64,000 nucleotides of DNA, from assembly GCA_963828195.1 (NCBI GenBank), contig CAWHDT010000009.1, positions 1 through 64,000 of the forward strand. The letters are read 5' to 3'. Position 1 is the first letter of the stretch. The number at the start of each line of letters is the position of its first letter. Below, piece by piece: positions 17,612-27,232 of the stretch. Source of the stretch: Candidatus Bathyarchaeota archaeon (GTDB lineage: Archaea > Thermoproteota > Bathyarchaeia > Bathyarchaeales > Bathycorpusculaceae). Under the pieces are notes generated by a model. It saw only the letters and a program-made list of their open reading frames with translations, had not been told where the DNA came from and made no database searches. The position numbers were made by a program, and so were the translations under genes.

Positions 17612-18997
17612 TTGAAAGTTACTCTTGTTAATCCTCCATACCCTTCAAACGCGCATTCGCATCCGCCATTTATTCCTCTAGGCTTAGCTTACCTCGGTGC
17701 GGTGGCTGAAAGGGATGGTCACGAAGTCAACATTATCGACTGTCAAGCCGAAAGACTCACTTACGACAGTTTCCGCCAAAGAATCAGCAATGTAAACTCC
17801 GATATTGTCGGGGTAACCGCCACGACCCTGTTGTATAATTCGGCGAAAAAATTGATTAATATCGCCAAAGAAGTTCACCCGAACGCCATAACCATGATTG
17901 GAGGAAGCCACGTTAGCTTCTGGGATGTAAACGCCTTAAATGAATGCCCCAGCATAGACGTAATTGTGCGGCGTGAAGGCGAATTAACATTCACTGAGTT
18001 GCTGCAGCGTATAGACGCAAAAAAGGGCTTCGCAGGAGTCCTAGGCACAACCTTCCGTGGAGCCGACGGAAAAATCCAGATTAATGAAGACAGGCCGTTT
18101 CAGCATGATTTAGATTCCCTGCCTTCTCCCGCATACCATCTGCTTCCCTTAGAATCATATCACCGCATGGGCAAAACCATCTTCCCATTGGTGACAAGCC
18201 GCGGCTGCGTTCAATGGTGTGACTTCTGCAGCACCGTGCGCATGTTTGGCCGAGGCTACCGCGTGCGTAACCCAAAGAAAGTTGCAGATGAAATGGAGAT
18301 GCTATACAAAAAGTACGGCGAAGGACAATTCACATTCTACGATGACGCATTCACAGTTAATCGTCAGCACACCTTGCAACTCTGCGACGAAATAAAAGCC
18401 CGCAAACTCAATGTCACGTGGGACTGCGAAACCCGCGTTGACGCAGTGGACAAAGAGTTGCTTGAGAGAATGTATGATGCTGGATGCATAACGGTTTGGT
18501 TCGGCGTGGAATCAGGGTCAGAGAAAATTCTATGTCAAATGCACAAAAAAATCAACCTTGACCAGGTGCGGTCGGCCTTCAAGATGACGCAGAAGGCTGG
18601 TTTGATGACTATTGCCAGCACAATTATCGGATTCCCCGGTGAAACTGAGGAGACAGCTTGGGAAACAATCAACTTCCTTAATTCACTTAACGCCGACGAT
18701 ATCGGTTGCTACGTGGCGACGCCTTACCCTGGAACACCCATGTACGAGGAAGTTGTTAAAAACGGTTGGCTGCGAGTAACTGACTTCAATAAGTATGACA
18801 CTGCAACTCCCACTTTTGAGACACCATACCTTAGTATGGAAAAAATCCGGGAAATCAAATACAAAGCGCATCAGAAATTTTATCTGCGACCCGGCTATGT
18901 ATTCAAGATGATGCGTAGAGGCGGAACATACGGTAGGTCTGGGCTCAAAACATCTGCTGCCTACGCGCTTAGGGCTCTGCACATAAAACTCTCTTGA
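17612..18997 (+). CDS. B12-binding radical SAM protein
   Basis: PLGLAYL, GGSH, SRGCVQWCDFC, FYDD, GVESGS, IIGFPGET. Confidence 0.92.
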   Translation: MKVTLVNPPYPSNAHSHPPFIPLGLAYLGAVAERDGHEVNIIDCQAERLTYDSFRQRISNVNSDIVGVTATTLLYNSAKKLINIAKEVHPNAITMIGGSHVSFWDVNALNECPSIDVIVRREGELTFTELLQRIDAKKGFAGVLGTTFRGADGKIQINEDRPFQHDLDSLPSPAYHLLPLESYHRMGKTIFPLVTSRGCVQWCDFCSTVRMFGRGYRVRNPKKVADEMEMLYKKYGEGQFTFYDDAFTVNRQHTLQLCDEIKARKLNVTWDCETRVDAVDKELLERMYDAGCITVWFGVESGSEKILCQMHKKINLDQVRSAFKMTQKAGLMTIASTIIGFPGETEETAWETINFLNSLNADDIGCYVATPYPGTPMYEEVVKNGWLRVTDFNKYDTATPTFETPYLSMEKIREIKYKAHQKFYLRPGYVFKMMRRGGTYGRSGLKTSAAYALRALHIKLS

Positions 18998-19193
18998 GCT
19001 TTTTTCCTTCTCCTTCTCAGATGAGCCAGTTAAAAGAAACTAAAAAGCAAAAAAAACACCTGCCGCCTTCTCTACAACTTCTTGGTACCCATTGAGGCCA
19101 GAATATCAAGCACATCGACAGTTCACCTGCGACCAAGCTATTGATAAGGAATATGCTGAGGGGGAAACTTATAGAATTTCAGCCGTAAAAACT

Positions 19194-19544
19194 TCAGGTG
19201 CTTACCTGCTCAGATCCCTGTACATTAAGTCCTGGCTGCTTCATAGTTTTCCTAACAAACGCAACTGCAGCAAAAACAAGAACTAGGGCGCTTAACGAAA
19301 TTGTTATGGACGTAAAGTTAATTCCGATCGGTGACAGACCCAAGAATAAGCCTGTGAGCCCAGCTAAACCGAAGCTTAAGGCAACAGACAACGTTAATTC
19401 TTCTACGAAATCAAGCTTGTTTCTATTGATAAACAAGATATTAACTAAACAGTACCCGGGCAAAAATGCGACAAATACGAAACCGAAAACGTAGCGAAAA
19501 ACAGCGAGCAATGAGTTGCTTGGTATGAAATACGTTGTTAGCAA
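19194..19544 (-). CDS. DUF1616-like membrane protein
   Basis: FLPGY...E.LTLSVALS; frame stays open about 20 codons further upstream. Confidence 0.7.
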   Translation of the reverse strand: MLTTYFIPSNSLLAVFRYVFGFVFVAFLPGYCLVNILFINRNKLDFVEELTLSVALSFGLAGLTGLFLGLSPIGINFTSITISLSALVLVFAAVAFVRKTMKQPGLNVQGSEQVST

Positions 19545-19642
19545 GGTTAAAACTGTGAAACCAACAATTATTTCAAGCCATTTGATCGGGTTCAGTTTTT
19601 TAACACTTCAAAATTTTAAAATAAAAAATAAAGGAAGGAGTT

Positions 19643-20554
19643 TTACATGAATGCTTTGTAGATTGGATGGGTTTCTTCTAATGGTCTTGTTCCAAGGTCG
19701 CCTGCCGCTGATGCGATGTATGTGTCTGTGACTGCAACTGCTGGGAATACCCATTCTGCTTGTTCTGCGGGTCCGATCATTAGCCAGTTTGCGCCTGCTA
19801 CTTGCATTATCGCGTTGGTTGCTGTTCTGCATCCAGGTCGGAATTCTTTGGCAAAGTTAGCTTTGACCCAACCCATGGTTGTGACGACGTTTCCGCTGCC
19901 TAAGCCTACTGGGTGTCCATACTTTTCTTTCATGATTGGTATGGTTCTGACTGCAGTGCCCATGTCTGGAGCGAACGCGGGAATTGCTGTGTCAATCAAA
20001 GGCTTTGTGATTCCGCCTTTTTCCGCCAATGCTAAAGCTTCTTGGATTACCTTCATTTTCCCTTCCATCGTGGTATCTTTGGGGTCATCAGCAAGTACTA
20101 TGGACATTTTGACGCCGCTGTCTTTCAGGTTTGCCAATTCAGGGTCAGTGACACCTTTGTATACTGAGTTGTAGAGGCATCGGTCTGCTAGGCCCATTTT
20201 CTTTGCTAATTGTGCAGCTGTCATGCGTGTTTTTGGGCTCATTGCGTCCAGCATGAGTGGTGCGTCGCTGTGTTTTGCAACGAAGTCGATGTACTTCTCA
20301 AAAGCTATGTCGGTTGTGCCAACAATGTCAAAAGCAAACTGCACGCCGGTGATGTCGCTTTGAGTTTGCATTGTGTTGATTATCTGCTCTGCCACTTTAG
20401 CATCAAAAATTCCTTTGTTTGCATCTTGAACCATTTTCTGACCTAGCCAAAAGATAGACCCAATCAGAAAAGTCGGAAGTTCCCCTGGCTGACCGCCTAC
20501 TTTTGCTTTTCCTACAGTGTAGACATTTTGTTTCGTGTTGAATTTAAAGGACAT
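19643..20554 (-). CDS. mtrH: MtrH/MtgA-like methyl-tetrahydropterin:corrinoid methyltransferase
   Basis: VGGQPGELPTFLIGSIF, DS/DA-type LDAM, YNSV, PLIDT, PVG.G.GN, GANWLMIGP. Confidence 0.82.
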   Translation of the reverse strand: MSFKFNTKQNVYTVGKAKVGGQPGELPTFLIGSIFWLGQKMVQDANKGIFDAKVAEQIINTMQTQSDITGVQFAFDIVGTTDIAFEKYIDFVAKHSDAPLMLDAMSPKTRMTAAQLAKKMGLADRCLYNSVYKGVTDPELANLKDSGVKMSIVLADDPKDTTMEGKMKVIQEALALAEKGGITKPLIDTAIPAFAPDMGTAVRTIPIMKEKYGHPVGLGSGNVVTTMGWVKANFAKEFRPGCRTATNAIMQVAGANWLMIGPAEQAEWVFPAVAVTDTYIASAAGDLGTRPLEETHPIYKAFM

Positions 20555-20573
20555 TTTTCCACATCTGATGGAT

Positions 20574-21008
20574 TTATTTCTTGACCATACCCATAGCTTT
20601 CTTTGCTAACTCGGGTGCCTCTTCCTTGTTCTTGCCAAATAGCGCGCCTAATGCGTCAGCGTCTTCTTTTTTGACTGCAGCGCCGCCCATGATTATGGCG
20701 ACTTTTCCTTTTAACCCGGCTGCCTTCAATGCTTCGTCTAGTTTTGCTAGGTTGTTTTTTGCGGGCACTGTGTTCACTGAAATTGCAATGATGTTTGCAT
20801 TGTTTTCTTTTGCTTTGTCAACGAAAACTTGCGGTGCGACGCTTTTGCCGACGTCTATTGTTTTGAATCCTGCGCGTTTTAGGGACCTTCTGACTGCTTC
20901 TTTAGCTGTGTCATGCATATCTGGTTCAATGTTGCCTATTACGATTATTCCCAATGGATTCTCTGGTTCTGGAGGCTCTTTTTCCATCATAGATTTAAGC
21001 CATGACAT
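20574..21008 (-). CDS. Corrinoid (B12-binding domain) protein
   Basis: DMHDTAK (DxHxxG variant), GF..IDVG, ISV, GGAA; 144 aa. Confidence 0.85.
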   Translation of the reverse strand: MSWLKSMMEKEPPEPENPLGIIVIGNIEPDMHDTAKEAVRRSLKRAGFKTIDVGKSVAPQVFVDKAKENNANIIAISVNTVPAKNNLAKLDEALKAAGLKGKVAIIMGGAAVKKEDADALGALFGKNKEEAPELAKKAMGMVKK

Positions 21009-21125
21009 TTAAACACCTTTTTTCCTTTTTGTTACTCTGGGCTTTTTATACTCGAATTTCATATTTAAGCTTGACTAATAATTTCATCGAATGCTAAAGG
21101 ATAAAATTCGGAAAGGCGAGGGGAA

Positions 21126-23432
21126 ATGTTCAAAGCAACCAAAAACCGTTTCTTGCTGCTGCTGATTTTCGCTTTCGCCTTCATTTACCGTATAACTTTG
21201 ATGCTTTGGCAAACGTTTCCGCCGGGCGCTGACATCGGGTTACACGCTAGCGTCATCAACTCAATTATTGGGTCCGGTAACACAAATTTCTTGACAGATT
21301 TCTACCAGATGGGCGGGGGCTTATCCTTGACTTTTCCCGGATACCACATTTTCGCTGCAGGCATAATACTTATGACTGGGCTGCCTGATTATTTGGCGCA
21401 AGCCATCATTGTGGCTTTATTCTCTTCGCTTATTGTTCTATGCGCTTACTTGATAACTCGAACTGTCTGGAGTGAATCAGCCGCTCTAATAGTTGCGTTT
21501 CTAGTGGCTATTTCACGCTTTGACATAGAAATGCTTTTGTGGGCAGGTTATCCAAACGTGATAACCCTTTTTTTGATCCCATTGACTTTCTACTTGTACC
21601 TTCAAAGAGACAGGTTTTCGCTTGCGCCTTTTCTTGTGTCAACCTCCATTTTAGTGGGCTCAATATTTTTAACTCACTCATTAAGCGCCGCTATTTTCTT
21701 AGCCATAACGTTTAGCACGGTGCTCTGCGTCTTGGTTTCGCCTAAAACATTCGGTACGTCAAGAAAAAATGTTCTCTATTGGTTGCTGCCGATAATTGGC
21801 GGGGCAGTTCTTGTTTCGCCTTTCCTCGCAAACGCGGTGCCTGCATATTTAAATGCCAATTCTTCTTTTTCCGCCGTCACCGAAATTAACCAAGCGTTGC
21901 TTGCGACGCGGATGCTTTCTCTCGAAATAGTTTTGGCGCTTTTTGCATGTCTTTTGCCTTATTTTCTTTTATCGAAAAAGTACAAAGGACGATTTTTTTC
22001 GCTCCCAGTTTTTCTTCTTATCGTATGGCTTTTAGTTCCAGTGTTGTTAACGCAGGGCTACGTTGTTGGGCTTTATGTTGATTATAACCGATTTCTATAC
22101 TTCCTGGTTTTACCAGTCATTATACTTTTTGCTGTGATGATTGATCACGCGTCAGGGTACTTTGCCCAGGCAATAGACACCTTACGAGTTTTGAATAGCC
22201 AAGTGCGGAAATCAAAGAAGACTGTTAACAAGCTGAGTTCGAGAATTTTAAGGCGGGTGACCCGTAAAACACTTTATTCTGCCTTTTTATTGGGCTTTGT
22301 GCTTATCTTCCTCTTGACTCTTCCGATCTTTCTGACTCCTTGGCAAGGTGTCACAATTCAAAGTTTCTACCAAACCATGACTAATCCAGGTTACCAAGCG
22401 GTACAGTGGGCTAAACAAAACACGCCGGCTGGCTCAGTGTTTGTTTCTGATGCCCTTTACGGTTGGTGGCTCGGCGGTTTTGCTGAGCGGCCGACTTTAA
22501 GCGCGGTTCAACCGCAATATTTAACGGTTGACCAAGAGTTGGCGCCGGCCACTGTTGCTGCAAATTTACTTGACACCGATTACATTATTGATAACGGTTA
22601 CATTCAGGTCAGGGAAGACGGCGGATACATAGGTAGACATAACCCTGAGTTTTTAGCAGATGTTAACTGGACTCCTTTTCCCTATTCATTCTTCCAGTTT
22701 AATGATAGCGAGATCACTCTGTTATCTCAAAATGGCGAATCTGTTCAATCAGCTGACATTACACAGATACCTGTAACTAACATGCAACTCGTCGGGGCGC
22801 AAACTGATGCTCCATCAATTATTGTTAACAAGGGAAACAGCGATTTTAATTACTCAGAAATTTTAACCGTCACAAAAGGGGTTGCCTTCGCAAATATGAC
22901 TATAGCAATCCAGAGTAACAATCAGACATCCATGGATTGGATTAATTTTGTTTTGAACTCCCAAGGGCAACTTCTGCAACCAAGCGGAAATACAGTTGCA
23001 ATGTTGGATGTTGGCTCAAAAGAATGCGGGCAATTAATTTTTGTCGGAAATCATCCAGACATTACCTCATTCAATTCAGAAAATCCATGCGTTACAGAAT
23101 TATCCTACAATTTACAGGGGCAAACTACTGCGGAAATTCAAATTTTAGTTGGAATGTTCCCAGTTTCCAACGCTGAAATACAAAACCAAGTAAGCCTCGA
23201 CAAAATATTAACTGGTAATATTCAAACAGCTCAAAAGCCGACCGTCGCTTTGCCTATAACCACGTTTGATTATCAAGAAGCTATGCAAGCAAACTCAATT
23301 TCTTACATTGCAAATCGCGATTTTGAAGTGAACCCCAAATTTGCTGCAGACCCCGCATTTAACCTTGTATTTATTAACAATGAGGTTGCCATCTTTCAGG
23401 TTAAAGCTAATGCCACTCTAGTCGGGGGATAG
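21126..23432 (+). CDS. GT-C-like polytopic membrane glycosyltransferase, paralog 1
   Basis: GADIGLH loop, FPGYH, about 12 TM, then an extracellular domain with WAKQNTP..SVFVSD. Confidence 0.6.
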   Translation: MFKATKNRFLLLLIFAFAFIYRITLMLWQTFPPGADIGLHASVINSIIGSGNTNFLTDFYQMGGGLSLTFPGYHIFAAGIILMTGLPDYLAQAIIVALFSSLIVLCAYLITRTVWSESAALIVAFLVAISRFDIEMLLWAGYPNVITLFLIPLTFYLYLQRDRFSLAPFLVSTSILVGSIFLTHSLSAAIFLAITFSTVLCVLVSPKTFGTSRKNVLYWLLPIIGGAVLVSPFLANAVPAYLNANSSFSAVTEINQALLATRMLSLEIVLALFACLLPYFLLSKKYKGRFFSLPVFLLIVWLLVPVLLTQGYVVGLYVDYNRFLYFLVLPVIILFAVMIDHASGYFAQAIDTLRVLNSQVRKSKKTVNKLSSRILRRVTRKTLYSAFLLGFVLIFLLTLPIFLTPWQGVTIQSFYQTMTNPGYQAVQWAKQNTPAGSVFVSDALYGWWLGGFAERPTLSAVQPQYLTVDQELAPATVAANLLDTDYIIDNGYIQVREDGGYIGRHNPEFLADVNWTPFPYSFFQFNDSEITLLSQNGESVQSADITQIPVTNMQLVGAQTDAPSIIVNKGNSDFNYSEILTVTKGVAFANMTIAIQSNNQTSMDWINFVLNSQGQLLQPSGNTVAMLDVGSKECGQLIFVGNHPDITSFNSENPCVTELSYNLQGQTTAEIQILVGMFPVSNAEIQNQVSLDKILTGNIQTAQKPTVALPITTFDYQEAMQANSISYIANRDFEVNPKFAADPAFNLVFINNEVAIFQVKANATLVGG

Positions 23433-23441
23433 CTGGACGCT

Positions 23442-25748
23442 TTGATGGGTAAATTGACAGAGAGACAACTTGAAATCGTATTCATCAGCATTTTCTCTGT
23501 ACTTATCTTCATAATCTTCTACACTCTCATGTCAATGAACGGTGTAGTGCTGGGAAATGACCCTGCAGTTCATTTGGAGAAAGCCCAAATCTTCCTGCAA
23601 ACAGGAAAAATACCCCTAGTTAACTTGGGCTGGACCCCTCCGCTCTACGAGCTTTTGCTTGCAATGCTTATTTCTTTTAGCGGCGCAACCGGAATTGGGC
23701 AACAGATTTTTTTGGTGAAAGCTTTAGCGACAATAATTGATTGGCTTCTGTTCATGTCTGTTTACTTGATTGGGCGAAAATTTTTTAACCGAAAAATCGG
23801 GGCAGTTGCCGCTGTCTTGATGCTGATGTGTTTCCCCATCTTCGAGGCTAACGCGTGGGGAGGCTACACGACAGTGCTCGGTATAACGTTCATCCTCTTG
23901 GTGTTTCTTTACTTAACTTTGGCAGTGGAGCAATTCGGGTACCTGGTAGTTGCTTTTTTCGCGGCTTTCGCGCTTGTTTTGTCCCATCAGCTTGCTGCGT
24001 TTCTCGCCGTCTTTATGTTGCCCCCAATCTTGCTGTATATGCTGATAAAATCCAAAGGCGCCTACCTAAAAGTTGTAGTAGCTTTAACCCTGGGCGGAGG
24101 AATTTCGTTCTTCCTCTATTATTTCCAAGCAATGGCTCCCTACCTTGGCGTCGTCATCAAATACGTTTTTTTTGCTCAAACAAGCTACGCTTACCAAATT
24201 CCGCTGGTAAACTTTAGTGCTTTCATGGTTAATTTCGGTTTCATATTTTTCTTTGCCTTAAGCGGCATTTTTGTTTCATATTATCTTCTTAGAAAACAGA
24301 AGAAACTGGTTTTTTATGCGATATTGATGATTATTTTCTTTGTCCCTCTTTTCTTCGCCGAATCATACATTTTTGGTTTGTACATGCCTTTCCAATGGTT
24401 CATTTATTATTTAACGCCTGCAATGGTGATTTTCGCGGCTGTCTCCATGGTTTTCATTGAAGAAAAGTTCGTTGGTTACTACGCCAACCACAAAAAGAGT
24501 TTCCGTAAAAACTGGTTAACCATAGTTGCGGTCTCTATAGTTGTAGTGATGTGTTTTGCACTTGTCGGTCGCTCAAATACAGTGTATGGAAAAATCACGC
24601 AAGCAAGTGTTTACTATTCGACAACCGACATAAAAGCGTACGATGCTGGAGTCTGGCTTAAACAAAACTATCCAAACGACGCAACAGTTGTCGACACCGA
24701 AGTTCCGGGATTTTGGTTTTCAGCCTTTTCTGACAAAAACGTGATTTCTCAAACTGACCAAGCCGAAGGAAGCAACGACATTGCCCAATCCGTTTTAAGC
24801 TTATCTTACGAAATTCAAGGCCCCCAAACTGCGCTGCAGGCTTACCAAGCGAACGGCGACATCAGCGACGAAACCTTCATCCCGATAAACCAGGTCTGGT
24901 ACGAAGTTTCCTACTCTTCTACCGCTGGAGACTTCATATCGTTCACTCAAAACGGCACAGATTACAATTTTCCTCTCACGAATTTAAGCAGCCAGATATC
25001 TTTCAACGAAAACAGTAACCCACCTCAAGTCGAGTTCCTTTACTTCAATAATTACGTGGAATTAACGGAGACAATGCTTGTTCAAAATGATACCTACCCA
25101 ATCAACATTTCCTGGGCGGTCACCCCCTTAAACGGCGACATTTCAAATGCGACATTGTACATAAGCACCTATTTTGACCTGCAATTCACCTTCGATAAAG
25201 CCCAAATATCTCAACTGATGAATTGGGTTAACCCTTGGGATGTGGCTTCCAAAACAACTGATGGAACAGAATGGGCGGTTGCCACTTTTACAAATTCAGA
25301 CTTAAAAAATAACTACATAGGACTCTACGATGACAAAGACCAGATTGCCTACGCCTTTAACTTCACAGATTTACCTGATTGGGGAAACATCGGTGCCTTA
25401 GCAAACAGGCAAATAGACGCTGTAAGATTCCAATACCAATTCGACGAACTTAACGTCAACCAAACTTTGACACGTCAATATCAAGTTCTCACGCTTTCAA
25501 AAAACAGTTTTCCAGCATTGCAGCCAAACTCTCTGCAAAGCCTCTTCAACTTCACCCCAGGCCAATTTACAGTATCCACCTCAGACTTTAAAGATTACAT
25601 CGCAGAAAACAACATAGAATTCATCATTTACGACAAAAACCAGCTAAACAGCAACATAGCAACCTGCCCATTTCTAGAACTGATCTATTCAAACAATAGA
25701 TACGACATCTTCAAAATCCTAAACAATTACAATCAAACCCAAACCTGA
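23442..25748 (+). CDS. GT-C-like polytopic membrane glycosyltransferase, paralog 2
   Basis: GNDPAVH loop, TPPLY, multiple TM, WLKQNYP; same architecture as paralog 1. Confidence 0.6.
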   Translation: MMGKLTERQLEIVFISIFSVLIFIIFYTLMSMNGVVLGNDPAVHLEKAQIFLQTGKIPLVNLGWTPPLYELLLAMLISFSGATGIGQQIFLVKALATIIDWLLFMSVYLIGRKFFNRKIGAVAAVLMLMCFPIFEANAWGGYTTVLGITFILLVFLYLTLAVEQFGYLVVAFFAAFALVLSHQLAAFLAVFMLPPILLYMLIKSKGAYLKVVVALTLGGGISFFLYYFQAMAPYLGVVIKYVFFAQTSYAYQIPLVNFSAFMVNFGFIFFFALSGIFVSYYLLRKQKKLVFYAILMIIFFVPLFFAESYIFGLYMPFQWFIYYLTPAMVIFAAVSMVFIEEKFVGYYANHKKSFRKNWLTIVAVSIVVVMCFALVGRSNTVYGKITQASVYYSTTDIKAYDAGVWLKQNYPNDATVVDTEVPGFWFSAFSDKNVISQTDQAEGSNDIAQSVLSLSYEIQGPQTALQAYQANGDISDETFIPINQVWYEVSYSSTAGDFISFTQNGTDYNFPLTNLSSQISFNENSNPPQVEFLYFNNYVELTETMLVQNDTYPINISWAVTPLNGDISNATLYISTYFDLQFTFDKAQISQLMNWVNPWDVASKTTDGTEWAVATFTNSDLKNNYIGLYDDKDQIAYAFNFTDLPDWGNIGALANRQIDAVRFQYQFDELNVNQTLTRQYQVLTLSKNSFPALQPNSLQSLFNFTPGQFTVSTSDFKDYIAENNIEFIIYDKNQLNSNIATCPFLELIYSNNRYDIFKILNNYNQTQT

Positions 25749-25900
25749 AAACCCAAAAAATGTTTTTCCTAAGCCCAAAATGAATTTTTTCGAATCGATC
25801 TTGAGAGCTTATTTCAAAGCAGCGTTGTCGATTTTTTTCTCTTCATCGGGGTATTTGGCTAGAATTGTAAACAGAAAATAAGAAGAAAATGAATCGGTGC

Positions 25901-26983
25901 TTATTGCTTTTGGAGAGCTTTGGGGTCTTCTCGAAGCAGTTTTGGTATGTAGTTGCAGGCTGGATCTGACTCGAACAGGTCGCCTGTGTAGTATTCAGCG
26001 CGTGTTCTGCATCCACCGCAGATTTCTCGGTACTCACAAACTCCGCATCTGCCCTTAATGTTGCTCTTGTCGCGTAACTTTAGGTGCAGTTCGCTGTGTT
26101 GCAGTTCATCCCACGCCTGCGATAGTTTCTTATCTTTGACGTTGCCTATGCGGTAGCCTTCATGGAAACCGCAACTTCGGTAATCGCCGTTTTCAGTTAT
26201 GCCGATATAGTTGCCGCCGATGGTGCATCTGCCAAGGTAGCCCTCGTGATACCAGTCCCAGAAGTCAACGGGGTTTTTCTGCCGTACTATTCTGGCGTAG
26301 AAAGGCGCGTAAACGTTGACTTTAACCTTGCCATACAGCTTTCGCTGGATGTCATAGATCTCGTTGAAAGCTTCCTCGTACTGTTCAGGCGTAGGTGCCA
26401 AGTCAGGCATGTTGCTTCCTGCTCTGCCAACGGGCACGAGATTATGATAGACAACCATGCGGGCTTTGTATTCCTCCGCTAGTGCCGCTGGATGCGCCAT
26501 GTGCTTAATGTTATACTTGGTCATAGTTGTGACTAAGCAATCTAGTAATCCGACGCTACCGAGTTTCTTCATAGCGTTTAATGCTTTGTCATAGCTACCT
26601 TTGCGTCGAATAATCTCATTTGATTCCCTATTTCCATCAATGCTTATGGCCGTATGAACTTCGTATTTATGAAGTTTCTCAAATCGCTTTTCATCCCATG
26701 CAAAACCGCTCGTGATAAGGCTAACCTTCAGCCCGTACTCTTTTTCGGCATAAGCAATAACGTCGAAAACATCATCCCTAACAAGTGGTTCTCCACCGCT
26801 GATTCCAAACCACTCTGCACCAAAGTCATGGATTTCATCAACCATCTTTTTGGCTTGAGCCGTGCTTAATTCTTGATCTTTGGCGTATTCTTTGGTGTAA
26901 CTGCAGTACATGCAATTTCCAACGCAGTTTCTTGTACACCGCCAAACCACCATGTACAACGGTGCCTTATTTGGAGCCATCAA
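25901..26983 (-). CDS. Radical SAM/SPASM protein (NirJ/AhbC/AhbD-like)
   Basis: CVGNCMYC, SGGEPL, SPASM C...C...CGVC..REICGGCR...DPAC. Confidence 0.88.
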   Translation of the reverse strand: MMAPNKAPLYMVVWRCTRNCVGNCMYCSYTKEYAKDQELSTAQAKKMVDEIHDFGAEWFGISGGEPLVRDDVFDVIAYAEKEYGLKVSLITSGFAWDEKRFEKLHKYEVHTAISIDGNRESNEIIRRKGSYDKALNAMKKLGSVGLLDCLVTTMTKYNIKHMAHPAALAEEYKARMVVYHNLVPVGRAGSNMPDLAPTPEQYEEAFNEIYDIQRKLYGKVKVNVYAPFYARIVRQKNPVDFWDWYHEGYLGRCTIGGNYIGITENGDYRSCGFHEGYRIGNVKDKKLSQAWDELQHSELHLKLRDKSNIKGRCGVCEYREICGGCRTRAEYYTGDLFESDPACNYIPKLLREDPKALQKQ

Positions 26984-27232
26984 ATATCACGGTTGAAAAT
27001 AAGATTAGTTGATGTGATATAAAACTTGCTCTTATAGACCTCTTTTGTGTTTCTTTGCAAAACTCGCAGAAATCAATCAGGCGCAAGCCAATTTTTGCCC
27101 ATCCAAGAATCTCGAGGGTTTTCATTTTCCTATTTTTCCTTCTGCGATATCCAACATCCATATGCTTTTGAGAAAGTCTTATAAAACCAACCAGCGCTAA
27201 ATTGACAGTAGAAATTAAGGAGATTACGAAAA

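Noticed and set aside
19643-21008. Evidence for methanogenesis (Mtr complex)
   Set aside because: Only an MtrH-like gene is present; no mtrA-G or mcr in the window.
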